DNA of 61,658 bases, filler included, from Chiloscyllium plagiosum (lineage: Eukaryota): the NCBI RefSeq assembly GCF_004010195.1. It is 2 parts of one record of this genome, joined end to end, with 100 filler letters (N's around TTAATTAATTAA, not from the genome) between each part and the next. Parts side by side here need not be neighbours in the genome. Positions count along the whole stretch, not along the records: positions 1 to 31,944 come from NC_057717.1; positions 32,045 to 61,658 come from NC_057717.1. The stretch is one strand, 5' to 3'. The notes below the pieces were generated by a model, which did not search any database, had not been told where the DNA came from, and worked only from the letters and a program-made list of their open reading frames with translations. Numbering within the stretch: position 1 is the first letter of the stretch; every line of letters begins with the position of its first letter. The translations under genes were made by a program, and so were the position numbers. Below, piece after piece: positions 24,480-38,219 of this stretch.

Positions 24480-27400
24480 TGGGGAACAGCGGGAAAGGGT
24501 AAAGTTTAACTGAACCTTAGCGACAGGAGACCCAATAGTTAGTGGGTCAGACAGCAGATTCTCGGGCCACAAACGGGAATCCAGGATGGTGTGTTACCTC
24601 CTTGTTGCCAGGTTCCAGGATGTCTCTGAGCAGCTACAGAATGCTCCCAAACGAGAGAGTGAGCAGCCAGAGGTCATTGTGCATGTTAGCACAAATGACA
24701 TAGGTAGAAGTAGCGATGAGGACCTTCAGAGTGATGATCGAGAGCTAAGACAAAGTTAAAAACCAGGACCTCGTCAGTGAGAATCTCCAGATTATTTCAC
24801 CTGCTAGTGAGGGTAAGAACAGGAGGATATGCCAGCTAAATGTTTGGCTAAAGAATTGGTGCAGGAGGCAGAGATTCAGATTTTTAGATATTACGATCTT
24901 TTCTGGGGTAGAGGTGACCTGTTCAAAAGGGACAGATTGCATCTGAACTAGAGGGAGCCAATATCTTGGTGGTCAGGTTTGCTAGAACTAAAGGGAGGGT
25001 TTAAACTAGATTGGCAGAGGGTGAGGTCGTCAACAGCAGGGAGGCAAGTGCAAGGCTCGAAGGAGATACAGTAATCAGAAATAGTACGTTGAAGAATCAG
25101 GTTAGGCTGGAACATGACAGGGAGCAAGGAGAGTCTGTTGGATTAAATTGCATCTTTCAATGCAAGAGGGCTAACAGGTAAGACCGATGGGCTCAGGGGT
25201 TTGACTAGGTAGGTGGGACTGGGCTATTATAGCCATTACAGAAACACGACTGAGGAAGAGACAGCACTGGCAGCTTAATGTGCCAGAGTGCAGGAACTTG
25301 AGGCGGGACAGTTGTGGTGGAAAGAGGGATGGGGGAGTTACATGTTTGATTAAGAGCGAGTATCACAGAACTAGTCAGAGGTGAAATAGACTGAAGGAAT
25401 ATCCAGTGAGGCTTTGTGGGTGGACCTAAGAAATAAGAAGGGGATTCTGATGTTATTGGGGTTGTACTATAGGCCCCCAAATAGTCAGCAGGCATTAGAC
25501 GAACAAATATGCAGGGAGTTAGGGGAGACGTGCGGGATCAATAGGCCTGTCAATGTCGGGGATTTTAAATTTCCTAACATAGACTGGGACTGCCAGAGCG
25601 TTAAGGGCTTAGATGGGATGACATTTGTGAAGTGTGTTCAGGAAAGAGTCCTCAAGTAGTATAGCGAGGGTCCTATTCTGGAAAGAGCCAAATTCGACCT
25701 ACTTTAGGGAAATAGGGCGGGACAGGTGATTGAGGTGACAGCACGGGAGCATTTTGAGGCCATTGTTCCATAACTTTTAAAATACTTATGGAAGGGGACA
25801 AAACTGGTCCACAGATCGAAGTTCTAAATTTGGGAAAGGCAAATTTTGATGGAATTAGACAGTAACTTGAAGAGGTTGATTGGAATAGTTTGTTTGCAGG
25901 CAAAGGGATCTCCGGTAAGTCTTTAAAAGTGAGATAGCTCGAATTCAAGGTCCGTATGTTCCTATGAGGGTGAACGGCGAGGTTGGCAGAAAGAGGGAAC
26001 TCTCGATGACAAGAGATATTGAGGCTTTGACCAAAGAAAAGGAGGCATGGCTCAGGTACAGGCAGCTCGGATCACGGGAATACCTGGAGGTATATAGGGG
26101 GTACAGGAGTTTACTGAGGAAGGAAATCAAAAGGGTCAAAAAGGGCCACAATATGGCCTTGGCTGAAAAGATTATGGTGAACTCAAAGAGTTTCTTTGTG
26201 CATTAAAGGAAAATGAATAACTAGAGAGACCAAAGTGAACATGTCACGAGGACTCAAGGACCAAAGTGAACATGTATGTGTGAAACATCAGGGGTTGGGC
26301 AAGGTCATCAATAAACATTTCTCCTGTGTTTATCGTGAGGGAACTTGGGTTAGTAGTGCCTTCTTGGGGACAGTCCATATCACAGTAAAGGACGTGTTTG
26401 ATGTATTAGAATGTACGAAGGTTGATAAATCTGCTGATCCTGACCAGATATATCCAAGATCCAAGCAAGAGGCTAGAGAAGAAATGCGGGGGAGCTGGCT
26501 AATATTTTTGCATCATCGTAAGCCATGGATAAGGTCCGGGAAGACGGGAGAGTAGTGAATGTTGTGCCCTTATTTAAGAGGGTTACAAAGAAAAATCTAA
26601 GAACTGATAAGTTTAATACCTGTGTAAGGTAAGTTACTTGAGAAGATTTTGAGATAAGATATATATGCATTTGGAAAGACAGGCTTTGATTAAGGGTAGT
26701 CAGCATGGCTTTGTGCATGGAAGATCATGCCTCACAAATCTGTTGGACTTCTTAGATGAAGTGACCAGGAATGTTGATGAGTGCATACTGGTAGGATTTC
26801 AGTAAGACCTTTGATAAGGTTCCACATGGTAGGCTGCGCTGGAAGATTAGATCGCATGGAATCCAAGAGGAGATGGCAAATTGGATACACGAATGACTTA
26901 ATGGTAGGAAGCAGAGGGTAATAGTGGAAGGATACTTATCGGACTGGAGGCCTGTGACTAGAGGTGTGCCTCAGGAATCAGTGCTTGGCCCATTACTGTT
27001 TGTTACCGATAAAATGATTTGGATGAGAATGTGCAAGGCATGATTAATAAGTTTGCAGATGACGCTAAAATAGGCACTATTGTGGACAGTGAGGAAGGTG
27101 ATCAGAAGTTACAGCAGGACCCTGATTAGCTGGGAAAGTGGGTCAAAAATGGCAAATGGAGTTTCATGTAGATAAGTTTGAGGTTTTTCACTTTGTAAAG
27201 TCAAATCAAGGTAGGAGTTTCATGTTCAATGGTAGGGCCTTAAGGACAGTAATGGAGCAGAAGAATCTTGGAGATCCAGTGCAAAGTTCTCTGAAAGTGG
27301 AGTCACAGGTAGACAGGTCAGTGAAGAAGCCTTTTGGCCCACTGGCCTGCATCAGTCAGGGCATTGAGGACAGAAGTTGGAAAGTTACATCGTGGTTGTA

Positions 27401-27505
27401 GGACATTGGAGAGGTCACACTTGGAGTATTGTGTTCAGTTTTAATCACCTTGCTATAGGAAAGATGTTATTAAACTGGAAAAAGTGCAGAAGAAATTTAC
27501 AAGGG
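24480..27505 (+). mobile_element. CR1-type LINE, long decayed copy (ORF1 SGNH-esterase, ORF2 APE-RT)
   Basis: EQPEVIVHVSTNDIG and DRLHLN esterase motifs; YYRPPNS and [49 protein letters not shown]. Confidence 0.9.
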
Positions 27506-27721
27506 TGACCAGAAAGGTACACAATGTTCTGAAAGTGGCCTCTCCAATTTCCTGTACAGCCGCAACATGACCTCCCAACTCCTATAATCGATGCTCTGAC
27601 CAATAAATGAAAGCATACCAAATGGTATGCTTGGATCTTCGTCACAATCCTATCCACCTGACTTAACATGAGCCTATCTGATTAACATCTTTGTAAAGTA
27701 AATCTTTCTTCTGAACATTAG

Positions 27722-28774
27722 CATGGATTCAAACTCCCGGACTGATGGTCCACTTGAACTGCCAGTCACGGCCTGGACTCAAACACTCAGCCTCAGCATG
27801 GACTCGAACTCCCGGCCTCAGCATGGACTCGAACCCCTGTCCTCAGCATGGATTCGAACTCCTGGCCTCAGTACAGGCTCAAACTCCCAGCCTCGGCGTG
27901 GACTAGAACTCCCGGCCTCAACACAGACTCAAACTTGCTGCCTTAGCGTGGACTCGGGCTCCTGGCCTCAATGTGGATTTGAACTTACTGCCTCAGTGTC
28001 GACTTGGTCTCCTGGCCTCAACACACACTCAAACTTACTGCCTCAGCATGGGCTCTTTCTCCTAGCCTCAGGCCAGAATCAATCTCCCAGCCTTTGCACA
28101 GTCTCAAATTCCCCACCTCAGCATGGACTTGAACTCGCAGCTTCAGGGTGTACTCGAACTCGCGGCCTCAGTGTGGACTCAAACTCGCGGCCTCAGTGTG
28201 GATCAAACTCGCGGCCTCAGTGTGGACTCAAACTCGCGGCCTCAGTGTGGATCAAACTCGCGGCCTCAGTGTGGACTCAAACTCGCGGCCTCAGTGTGGA
28301 TCAAACTCGCGGCCTCAGTGTGGACTCAAACTCGCGGCCTCAGTGTGGATCAAACTCGCGGCCTCAGTGTGGACTCAAACTCGCGGCCTCAGTGTGGATC
28401 AAACTCGCGGCCTCAGTGTGGACTCAAACTCGCGGCCTCAGTGTGGATCAAACTCGCGGCCTCAGTGTGGACTCAAACTCGCGGCCTCAGTGTGGATCAA
28501 ACTCGCGGCCTCAGTGTGGACTCAAACTCGCGGCCTCAGTGTGGATCAAACTCGCGGCCTCAGTGTGGACTCAAACTCGCGGCCTCAGTGTGGATCAAAC
28601 TCGCGGCCTCAGTGTGGACTCAAACTCGCGGCCTCAGTGTGGATCAAACTCGCGGCCTCAGTGTGGACTCAAACTCGCGGCCTCAGTGTGGATCAAACTC
28701 GCGGCCTCAGTGTGGACTCAAACTCGCGGCCTCAGTGTGGATCAAACTCGCGGCCTCAGTGTGGACTCAAACTC
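27722..28774. repeat. 25-bp minisatellite, degenerate then homogenised into a 49-bp (25+24) dimer
   Basis: ggactcaaactcgcggcctcagtgt alternates with ggatcaaactcgcggcctcagtgt from ~28165 to the N gap. Confidence 0.95.
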
Positions 28775-29290
28775 NNNNNNNNNNNNNNNNNNNNNNNNNN
28801 NNNNNNNNNNNNNNNNNNNNNNNNNNNNNNNNNNNNNNNNNNNNNNNNNNNNNNNNNNNNNNNNNNNNNNNNNNNNNNNNNNNNNNNNNNNNNNNNNNNN
28901 NNNNNNNNNNNNNNNNNNNNNNNNNNNNNNNNNNNNNNNNNNNNNNNNNNNNNNNNNNNNNNNNNNNNNNNNNNNNNNNNNNNNNNNNNNNNNNNNNNNN
29001 NNNNNNNNNNNNNNNNNNNNNNNNNNNNNNNNNNNNNNNNNNNNNNNNNNNNNNNNNNNNNNNNNNNNNNNNNNNNNNNNNNNNNNNNNNNNNNNNNNNN
29101 NNNNNNNNNNNNNNNNNNNNNNNNNNNNNNNNNNNNNNNNNNNNNNNNNNNNNNNNNNNNNNNNNNNNNNNNNNNNNNNNNNNNNNNNNNNNNNNNNNNN
29201 NNNNNNNNNNNNNNNNNNNNNNNNNNNNNNNNNNNNNNNNNNNNNNNNNNNNNNNNNNNNNNNNNNNNNNNNNNNNNNNNNNNNNNNNNN

Positions 29291-30820
29291 CAAGAGATAT
29301 TGAGGCTTTGACCAAAGAAAAGGAGGCATGGCTCAGGTACAGGCAGCTCGGATCACGGGAATACCTGGAGGTATTTAGGGGGTACAGGAGTTTACTGAGG
29401 AAGGAAATCAAAAGGGTCAAAAGGGGCCACAATATGGCCTTGGCTGAAAAGATTATGGTGAACTCAAAGAGTTTCTTTGTGCATTAAAGGAAAATGAATA
29501 ACTAGAGAGACCAAAGTGAACATGTCACGAGGACTCAAGGATCAAAGTGAACATGTATGTGTGAAACATCAGGGGTTGGGCAAGGTCATCAATGAACATT
29601 TCTCCTGTGTTTATCGTGAGGGAAGACATGAAGACCTGGGAACTTGGGAACTTGGGTTAGTAGTGCCTTCTTGGGGACAGTCCATATCACAGTAGAGGAG
29701 GTGTTTGATGTATTAGAATGTACGAAGGTTGATAAATCTCCTGATCCTGACCAGATATATCCTATATCCAAGCAAGAGGCTAGAGAAGAAATGTGGGGGA
29801 GCTGGCTAATATTTTTGCATCATCGTAAGCCATGGATAAGGTCCGGGAAGACGGGAGAGTAGTGAATGTTGTGCCCTTATTTAAGAGTGTTACAAAGAAA
29901 AATCTAAGAACTATAGACTGGAAAGTTTAATACCTGTGGAAGGTAAGTTACTTGAGAAGATTTTGAGAGATAATATATATCTGCATTTGGAAAGACAGGC
30001 TTTGATTAAGGGTAGTCAGCATGGCTTTGTGCATGGAAGATCATGCCTCACAAATTTGTTGGACTTCTTAGATGAAGTGACCAGGAATGTTGATGAGTGC
30101 ATACTGGTAGGATTTCTGTAAGGCCTTTGATAAGGTTCCACATGGTAGGCTGCGCAGGAAGGTTAGATCACATGGAATCTAAGAGGAGCTGGTAAATTGG
30201 ATACACGAATGACTTGATGGTAGGAAGCAGAGGGTAATAGTGGAAGGATACTTATCGGCCTGGAGGCCTGTGACTAGTGGTGTGCCTCAGGGGTCAGTGC
30301 TTGGCCCATTACTGTTTGTTACCGATAAAATGATTTGGATGAGAATGTACAAGGCATGATTAGTAAGTTTGCAGATGACGCTAAAATAGGCACTATTGTG
30401 GACAGTGAGGAAGGTGATCAGAAGTTACAGCAGGACCCTGATTAGCTGGGAAAGTGGGCCAAAAATGGCAAATGGAGTTTCATGTAGATAAGTTTGAGGT
30501 TTTTCACTTTGTAAAGTCAAATCCAGGTAGGAGTTTCATGTTCAATGGTAGGGCCTTAAGGACAGTAATGGAGCAGAAGAATCTTGGAGATCCAGTGCAA
30601 AGTTCTCTGAAAGTGGAGTCACAGGTAGACAGGTCAGTGAAGAAGGCTTTTGGCCCACTGGCCTGAATCAGTCAGGGCATTGAGAACAGAAGTTGGAAAG
30701 TTACATCGCGGTTGTAGGACATTGGAGAGGCCACACTTGGAGTATTGTGTTCAGTTTTAATCATCTTGCTATAGGAAAGATGTTATTAAACTGGAAAAAG
30801 TGCAGAAGAAATTTACAAGG
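29291..30820 (+). mobile_element. Duplicate of CR1 segment 26010-27505
   Basis: Near-identical sequence starting caagagatattgaggctttgacc at both 26010 and 29291. Confidence 0.9.
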
Positions 30821-31037
30821 GTGACCAGAAAGGCACACAATGTTCTGAAAGTGGCCTCTCCAATTTCCTGTACAGCCGCAACATGACCTCCCAACTCCTA
30901 TAATCGATGCTCTGACCAATAAATGAAAGCATACCAAATGGTATGCTTGGATCTTCGTCACAATCCTATCCACCTGACTTAACATGAGCCTATCTGATTA
31001 ACATCTTTGTAAAGTAAATCTTTCTTCTGAACATTAG

Positions 31038-31944
31038 CATGGATTCAAACTCCCGGACTGATGGTCCACTTGAACTGCCAGTCACGGCCTGGACTCAAAC
31101 ACTCAGGCTCAGCATGGACTCGAACTACCAGCCTCAGCCTGGACTCAAACCCCTGTCCTCAGCGTGGATTCGAACTCCTGGCCTCAGTACAGGCTCAAAC
31201 TCCCAGCCTCGGCATGGACTAGAACTCCCGGCCTCAACACAGACTCGAACTTGCTGCCTTAGCGTGGACTCAGACTCCTGGCCTCAATGTGGATTTGAAC
31301 TTACTGCCTCAGTGTCGACTTGGTCTCCTGGCCTCAACACAAACTCGAACTTACTGCCTCACCATGGACTCTGTCTCCTAGCCTCAGGCCAGAATCAATC
31401 TCCCAGCCTTTGCACAGTCTCAAACTCACAACCTCAGCATGGACTTGAACTCGCAGCTTCAGCGTGGACTCGAATGCCTGGCCTCAGTGTGGACTCAAAC
31501 GCCTCGCCTCAGTGTGGACTCGAACGCCTGGCCTCATTGTGGACTCAAACGCCTGGCCTCAGTGTGGACTCAAACGCCGGGCCTCAGTGTGGACTCGAAC
31601 GCCTGGCCTCAGTGTGGACTCAAACGCCTGGCCTCAGTGTGGGCTCAAACGCCTGGCCTCAGTGTGGACTCGAACGCCTGGCCTCAGTGTGGACTCAAAC
31701 TCTTGGCCTCAGTGTGGACTCGAACGCCTGGCCTCAGTGTGGACTCAAACGCCTGGCCTCAGTGTGGACTCAAACGCCTGGCCTCAGTGTGGCACAAAAC
31801 GCCTGGCCTCAGTGTGGACTCAAACGCCGGGCCTCAGTGTGGACTCGAACGCCTGGCCTCAGTGTGGACTCAAACGCCGGGCCTCAGTGTGGACTCGAAC
31901 GCCTGGCCTCAGTGTGGACTCAAACGCCTGGCCTCAGTGTGGGC
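31038..31944. repeat. 25-bp minisatellite, second copy
   Basis: Unit ggactc(a/g)aacgcctggcctcagtgt from ~31460; degenerate lead-in shared with 27722-28160. Confidence 0.95.
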
Positions 31945-32044
31945 NNNNNNNNNNNNNNNNNNNNNNNNNNNNNNNNNNNNNNNNNNNNTTAATTAATTAA
32001 NNNNNNNNNNNNNNNNNNNNNNNNNNNNNNNNNNNNNNNNNNNN
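31945..32044. other. Artificial 100-bp scaffold linker
   Basis: Exactly 44 N + TTAATTAATTAA (31989-32000; stops in all six frames) + 44 N. Other gaps: 2283-2322 and 28775-29290. Confidence 0.93.
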
Positions 32045-32227
32045 TGGAATGAGCTGCCAGAGGAAATGGTGGAGGCTGGTACAATTGCAACATTTAAGAG
32101 GCATTTGGATAGGTATATGGAGGATAGTGGGTTAGTGTAGTTTAGGTGGGCTTGGATCGGCGCAACATCGAGGGCCCAAGGGCCTGTACTGCGCTGTATT
32201 CTTCTATGTTCTATGTTCTATGTTCTA
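32045..32227 (+). mobile_element. Young CR1 3' end with (TTCTATG)n tail
   Basis: Same 3' UTR as 2630-2743. Confidence 0.88.
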
Positions 32228-32231
32228 GCGA

Positions 32232-33200
32232 CGTTACTGTCATCTGCAAACATACGAACTCATCCTTTACGTCATCATCCAGATCATTTATAAAAATGAC
32301 AAACAGCAATGGGCCCAAAACAGATCCTTGTGGTACACCACTAGTAACTGAACTCCAGGATGAACATTTCCCATCAGCTACCACACTCTGTCTTCTTTCA
32401 GCTAGCCAATTCCTGATCCTAACCGCTAAATTACCCTCAATCCCATGCCTCCGTAGTTTTTTGCAACAGCCTATCGTGGGGAACCTTACCAAACGCTTTA
32501 CCGAATATCATATACACTATATCAACTGTTTTACCCGCATCGACCTGTTTGGTCACCTTTTCAAAAAATTCAAAAAGGTTTGTGAGGCACGACCTACCCT
32601 TCACCAAACTGTGTTGACTATACCTAATCTAATTATTCCTTTTTAGATGAGTATCAACCCTATCTCTTTAATAATTTCAACACTTTGCTCACAACCAAAG
32701 TAATGCTCGCTGGTCTATAATTAGACTCTAATCCCCCTCTTAAATAAGGTAACAACATTTGCTATCCTCCAGCCTTCAGCACTATTCCTGTAGACAATGA
32801 CAACATAAAGATCAAAGCCAAAGGCTTTGCAATCTCCTCCCTGGCTTCCCAGAGAATCCTAGGATAAATCCTATCCGGCACAGGGGAGTTATCTATTTTT
32901 ACACTTTCCAGAATTGCTAAAACCTTTTCCTTATGAACCTTTATCCTATCTAATCTACCGATCTGTATCTCAGGATTAACCTCGACAGCATTTGCTATTT
33001 TATAGTATGAATGGTGATGAAAAAATCCACTTAACGCTTTCCCTAACTCCTCTGACTCCAAGCACAACTTCCCACTACTACAATTGATAGGCCGTAATCT
33101 TACTCTAGTCATTGTTTTATTCCTGATATAGTTATCGAAAGCATACAGGTTTTCCTTGACCCAATCTACCAACGACTTCTCATGTCCCCTCCTGGCTCTT
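32232..33200 (-). mobile_element. CR1 RT fragment
   Basis: [52 protein letters not shown]. Confidence 0.9.
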
Positions 33201-33374
33201 CGATGCACAGAATTAAAAACTACGACATGGATGACACAATGTGCAGGGCCATGGGAAGAATACGGAACAACATCAGTAGAAGTATAGCTCATTACGCGCT
33301 GATGCAGAGATTTTTGCCTCAGTAACCACCACCTTTGTTATTATAATGATGTACAATTCTGAAGTGTTAAAATA

Positions 33375-33646
33375 AAACATTCGGCCCTTCGAGCTGACAC
33401 GGATCCTCTGAAGACACAGATCCACCTCCTACACGATTCCTCTATCTCCCATAGTTAAAGCAAGTAGTTGCAGATGAACAATTTTTCACGGTCAGTTGGG
33501 AGGAATCAGAAACACCTGGACGAAACACTTGCAGACACTGGAAGAATATGAAAGCTCATTTCAGACCGTGGCCCAAGGGTGGAATTGAGCGTCGGTCCCC
33601 AGGTGTTTCGAGATAGCCATGCTAACCACTGAGCCACCGTGCCACC
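33375..33646 (-). mobile_element. Decayed V-SINE
   Basis: Head gtgggcacggtggctcagtggttagcatggct on the reverse strand; V-domain eroded. Confidence 0.65.
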
Positions 33647-35929
33647 CACCCAAATATGTCACTGTGCTAGTATATACGAGGGAACTTGGAAATCGCAAAT
33701 ACAAGTGGAAAATCCTTTTGAAACACAGCTGATGACTCAGTATCTTGAGAGTGAAAGAGAGTTAACATATTGAGATGAACATGACTCTGTTCAGAAAAAT
33801 TCATATCGGTCTCAGAACGTTAATTCTTTTTCTGCTCAGATGCTGCTGGACTTGTTAAAGTTTTCCAGCATTTCCAACTTCCTTTTTCGTTTGGAGTGTG
33901 GATATATTTCTGATATGAAAGGGAACAGTGAAGCTGCTATTTCAGTTAACTTCGTGCATTTGGTTATGGTCCTTGAATGAAAAATTAAAAGCTTTTTATT
34001 TGACAGAGCCCTAAATATTAATAACATTTTCCGTGTCATAAATCACCATGAAAATGTTGAATGCAGTGGCCATGAATCACACGATCAATCCTCTATAAGT
34101 AACCAATTGAATTAAGGATCCCAATCATTACCTCAATGTCAGATCATGCTCCTGGTGTCATTAGGGTCATACTCATTCAGCAAGATCTTACATTTCTGAA
34201 ACTTTCGGTGAAACTGTGGAAACATAAGATACAGGGCATAGTCACCCACGGGTATTGGAAGGAACTAGCATGGGCAGAGTTTACGTGTCAAACACTATCA
34301 CTCTGGAAAAGGAGAATTAGATCAGCCTACTTGAATCTCTTCTGTCCAAGTGATGCACATACACATGCTTGTAGGCACATTCCAAGATGTGTTAGCAGCT
34401 GGTAGTGAAGGAACAGCAAATTAGTTCCTCGTCAGGATGACATCAATTTGGAAGGTAACTTGTAGAGATTGTTTTCCCATTGTTCCCATTACCAGTGCAG
34501 AATGTTCTCTAATTCACATTGATCACAGCTTTGCTCAGGGTCCTTGATTCCACGTTCAGTCAAGTCCTGCTTCGATTGAAAGGGAAGTCTCTCTGATCTC
34601 ACCTCAACTTATATTGGAAGATCAGTTAAAAGAACAAGGAGCAAAAGACAAGAATGCTGTTTGTTTGGACAATATCCTCACAATATACAAAAGAAAATTG
34701 ATACATGGACTTCCAATCCTGTCCCAAAATGTTTGTGCTGTTGGTAATGAGGCTGATTGGTTAAGTGTTGTGATAGAAGGGCAAAAAGAAACTCAACTCT
34801 GTACCAATAGTTAGCAAAGCCATCCTGTTCATGGCGCATCAGACAGTGGCAAACATGCTATCTTCTGTTGCTGTTAGACAGTGATCATTTCAAATGCACC
34901 ATTCACTGATGAAATGTAATTGCACAGAAGTCAGCAATTTCCAGCATTTAGCGTGAGAGCAAAAAGCGAAAGGGAGAGTCAGGGAAAGTGGGACTGATAG
35001 GGAACTGGTGTGATACACAGTGCGAGAAGTGTGAAAGGAGATGTTCAGTGGAAGGGTATGTCACAGCAGAAAGGGCAATGCAAGTGAAATAGGTGGGTAA
35101 GGAAAGAGTAGGAAGGGGAGGAGGCGGTGTGCCAGAAGGACCATCTGTCGCAGGCAATACCATGCAGTTGGAAAACAGATTGATGGATAATCAAACATCA
35201 CTGTTAAGGAAAATTGGGATCTGGTTTCCTTTGAGTATTAGGAAAATGTTTTTCATACTTCTTTTATTAACAAAATTCTTATTCATATTGTACATCCACT
35301 CTACATTTCTGTATCTCCATCAAGTGCAGACATTTTATTTTCTCTCCAATTCATTATCTCAACATTATGTTACTTTATGTCACTAAACAATATCCAGAAC
35401 GGTGGGTGTTTTTTTCTATGAATTTGCTTCCAATTCAATGTAGAAATAAGAATGTGATTTAATCTTCTACTGCATGCTTATAATGCAGAATTTAATTGAA
35501 TCTTTACTCTCATCACCTTAGTTCTTTCAAACAAATTTCAGGAATGAGCCTGTGTCCATCCTGCAAATTAAAATAAAGTTCCCTGTGCTCTGACGGGATT
35601 GCAGCACGTGTTATAAAGATGAGCTGCAGGCCCACATAAAATGGAAATGTTGCAGTGCCAAAAGTGAGTCCAATAATACATGCAGAGAACCGGAGTATAA
35701 AATCAGAATTCAGTTCCATGTCCAAAATACTCTTTGTGGCTCCCTAATGAAAGCCCTCTCCTGCATCATGCTGCAAATTCACCAAAAGAGGGAAATCTAT
35801 AGACTGGAATTATCAATTCTTCCTCTGCAACAACGACTGTAGAATAGGTAGAAAATCAAGTTTTGTTTCTAAAATTCATACACGTTGATGATAAGAATGT
35901 GGGAGATGGGGTAGGGGTTAGAGCATGAT

Positions 35930-36420
35930 AAACAATGTTGTGGATGAAACAATGATTATTCCTGTGGTTCACAGTGAGGACGAAAGTGTTAGGTTACAGG
36001 GGGGTACAATCAGATTGTTCAGATGGCCAGAAAAATGACCAAAAAACTTAACCCTGCAATATGTGAGATGCTGCACTTTGAAAGGATAACAACTCAAGAG
36101 AGTAGTCAAACCATGAAGATATGCTAGATTTGCTTTTACTTTACTTTGGAGCAGAGAAGCTTATGGGGTAAACCTGATAGAGGTGTATAACAGCATGAGA
36201 GGTATAGACAGAGTGAACAGACCAGCAGTCAAATGGTTAAACACAAGGGGATACATGTTAAAAGTGAAAGACAAGAGATTGAGTGACGATTTGTGAAATC
36301 TGTTTTGAACCCAGAGGGTGATATGTTTCTAGAATGCATTGCCTGTGAGGGTGGTTGAGGAAGGAAACCGTACAAACTTGGCAAAGCACTTGAATCAGCA
36401 CTTCATGGTGCCAGATTTGA
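35930..36420 (+). mobile_element. Decayed CR1 3' fragment
   Basis: gtgagatgctgcactttg; ctgatagaggtgtataa; cagagggtg...aatgcattgcctgtgagggtggttgagg. Confidence 0.65.
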
Positions 36421-38219
36421 TTGGCATCTGCTTTATTACACGATTCCATGATATATTGTGAAGCACCACCCAATGGTAATTGTTGGTTTGTTCCATCGAA
36501 CTGTACTCAGTGAGTGGGGAGATTACAAATCAGCATCATCCCATGGAGCATCAACATTTACTAAACCGAGGACAGCCCGGCCATCCCTGAAAATATCCAA
36601 GATAATTCATATGCTCAGTGTAAATTTCATTCAATAAGCCCACCAACATTATTCTGGCTATTTGACACCATTATTTTATGGACACCAAAAACATAGAAAC
36701 CAACTTTCCTTCATTATTATATAGACTTCTCGTTGTAAGGTTGTTATTTATCGGCAGAATAATAAATTCCTTGCCATGCATTCACTTTGACAAAGAGTCA
36801 GATTTCCTGCGTTTGTTTTTTGCCAACTGTTCATCACAGTATGGTGGCTTGTTTAACACTCCGTCCACCACCAGTAATACTTACTCCCACCTAAACTGGC
36901 ACATGAGATGCACAGCTGGCACTCCCTCCCAACAGCCACTTGGATGGACCAATACCAACTGGACTGGAACTTCTCAACGACAATTAATGTTGGACTAGCT
37001 CCATTAAAATCCCAAATGATTTTTTGAAAAATCCGATTTCCTCATAATAATTGAACAATGTAACCATGTTTACTGATCTGATGAGCTTGTTGCGGTCTTT
37101 GAAGTAGTGTGATGCATTTGCATGAACCAGTTCGTCAATACATTGAAATAAAAGGCCAACTGTCAGCCCAGGTCACGAATAACACAAGTTAATGCAGCAT
37201 TTAATCAGCAGCTGAATGAGCACACAATGCCAGAGCAGAGTGGGCCATGCACCTTGAGGTAACTTTCATTAATGTAGTTTGGTGTTTTCCGGTTGGTGTA
37301 GACATGTTGTGCTGAATGGCCTGTTTTATGCAATAAGACTCTATCACTTTAATTCTTGAAAACAGAAAATAGTCTCACCATTTCCATTGCTTGTGAGCAT
37401 CAAGTGGTGAAGAATATAATCTCCAAGGTCACATTGCATCCTGACTTGAATCGAAACCATTGTCACTTCACTGTCACTTGTTCAGAATCCTATAACTCTC
37501 TCTGAAACAAAAATGTTACTGTACCTGCACCACGCGGACCACTGTGTGTATCTTCTCTGGACTGCTTGCGTATCATTATTGCCATAGCTCTTTCGATGTG
37601 GTCTCACCAGTACCCTGTAAAACTGTAGAAAATCTTTCCTCCTTCTGAATGAATTCTGTATCAAAACCGTTTCAACATTTGTCTGGCCTCTCTAAAACTT
37701 TGATGTACGAATTTTTTTGTGTGTGATCCAAGTGCCTGATTCCTCTGTGCCTCAATCCAATCTCCCCATTGAAATACCTCCTGCTTTCCATTAAAACTGC
37801 CAACATATTTGAACACAGACACATTCTCCATTCTATATTCCATACACCAATATTTGTGGTTCATTTGACCCACTTATATCTCTTTATAAACTCGTGTCGT
37901 CTTCATACACAAATAAAAATTAAAAAAAGTAAAAATATTACATTGTCAATTCCACTGGAATTTGGCGACAGTTTGTGTCTTTGGCCAAATATTCTGCCTG
38001 TATTATGGAAGAATGAAAACATTTGAAATTGTCTGTGTCCTCTCAAGAAGGTTCACATGTTTGTATTTTTCCACAATGCAAACAGAATATTTCATCAAAG
38101 ACATAGTTGTCGCCACAATTCAATGGAATCGGCAATGTCATATTTTTAGTCCATGTCTACAATATAAAGTAGCGACAATGCTAAAGTGTTTTGCAATCCC
38201 TTCACTCAGTTCCCATCAC

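Noticed and set aside
27722..31996. Long ORFs (526, 454, 387, 317 aa) and a possible CRISPR-like array
   Set aside because: The ORFs are read-through of a stop-free minisatellite plus N runs. Units are contiguous with no unique spacers, and the context is eukaryotic with no cas genes.
31989..32000. TTAATTAATTAA as a biological palindrome or homeodomain site
   Set aside because: Centred in symmetric N runs totalling 100 bp; it is an assembly linker.
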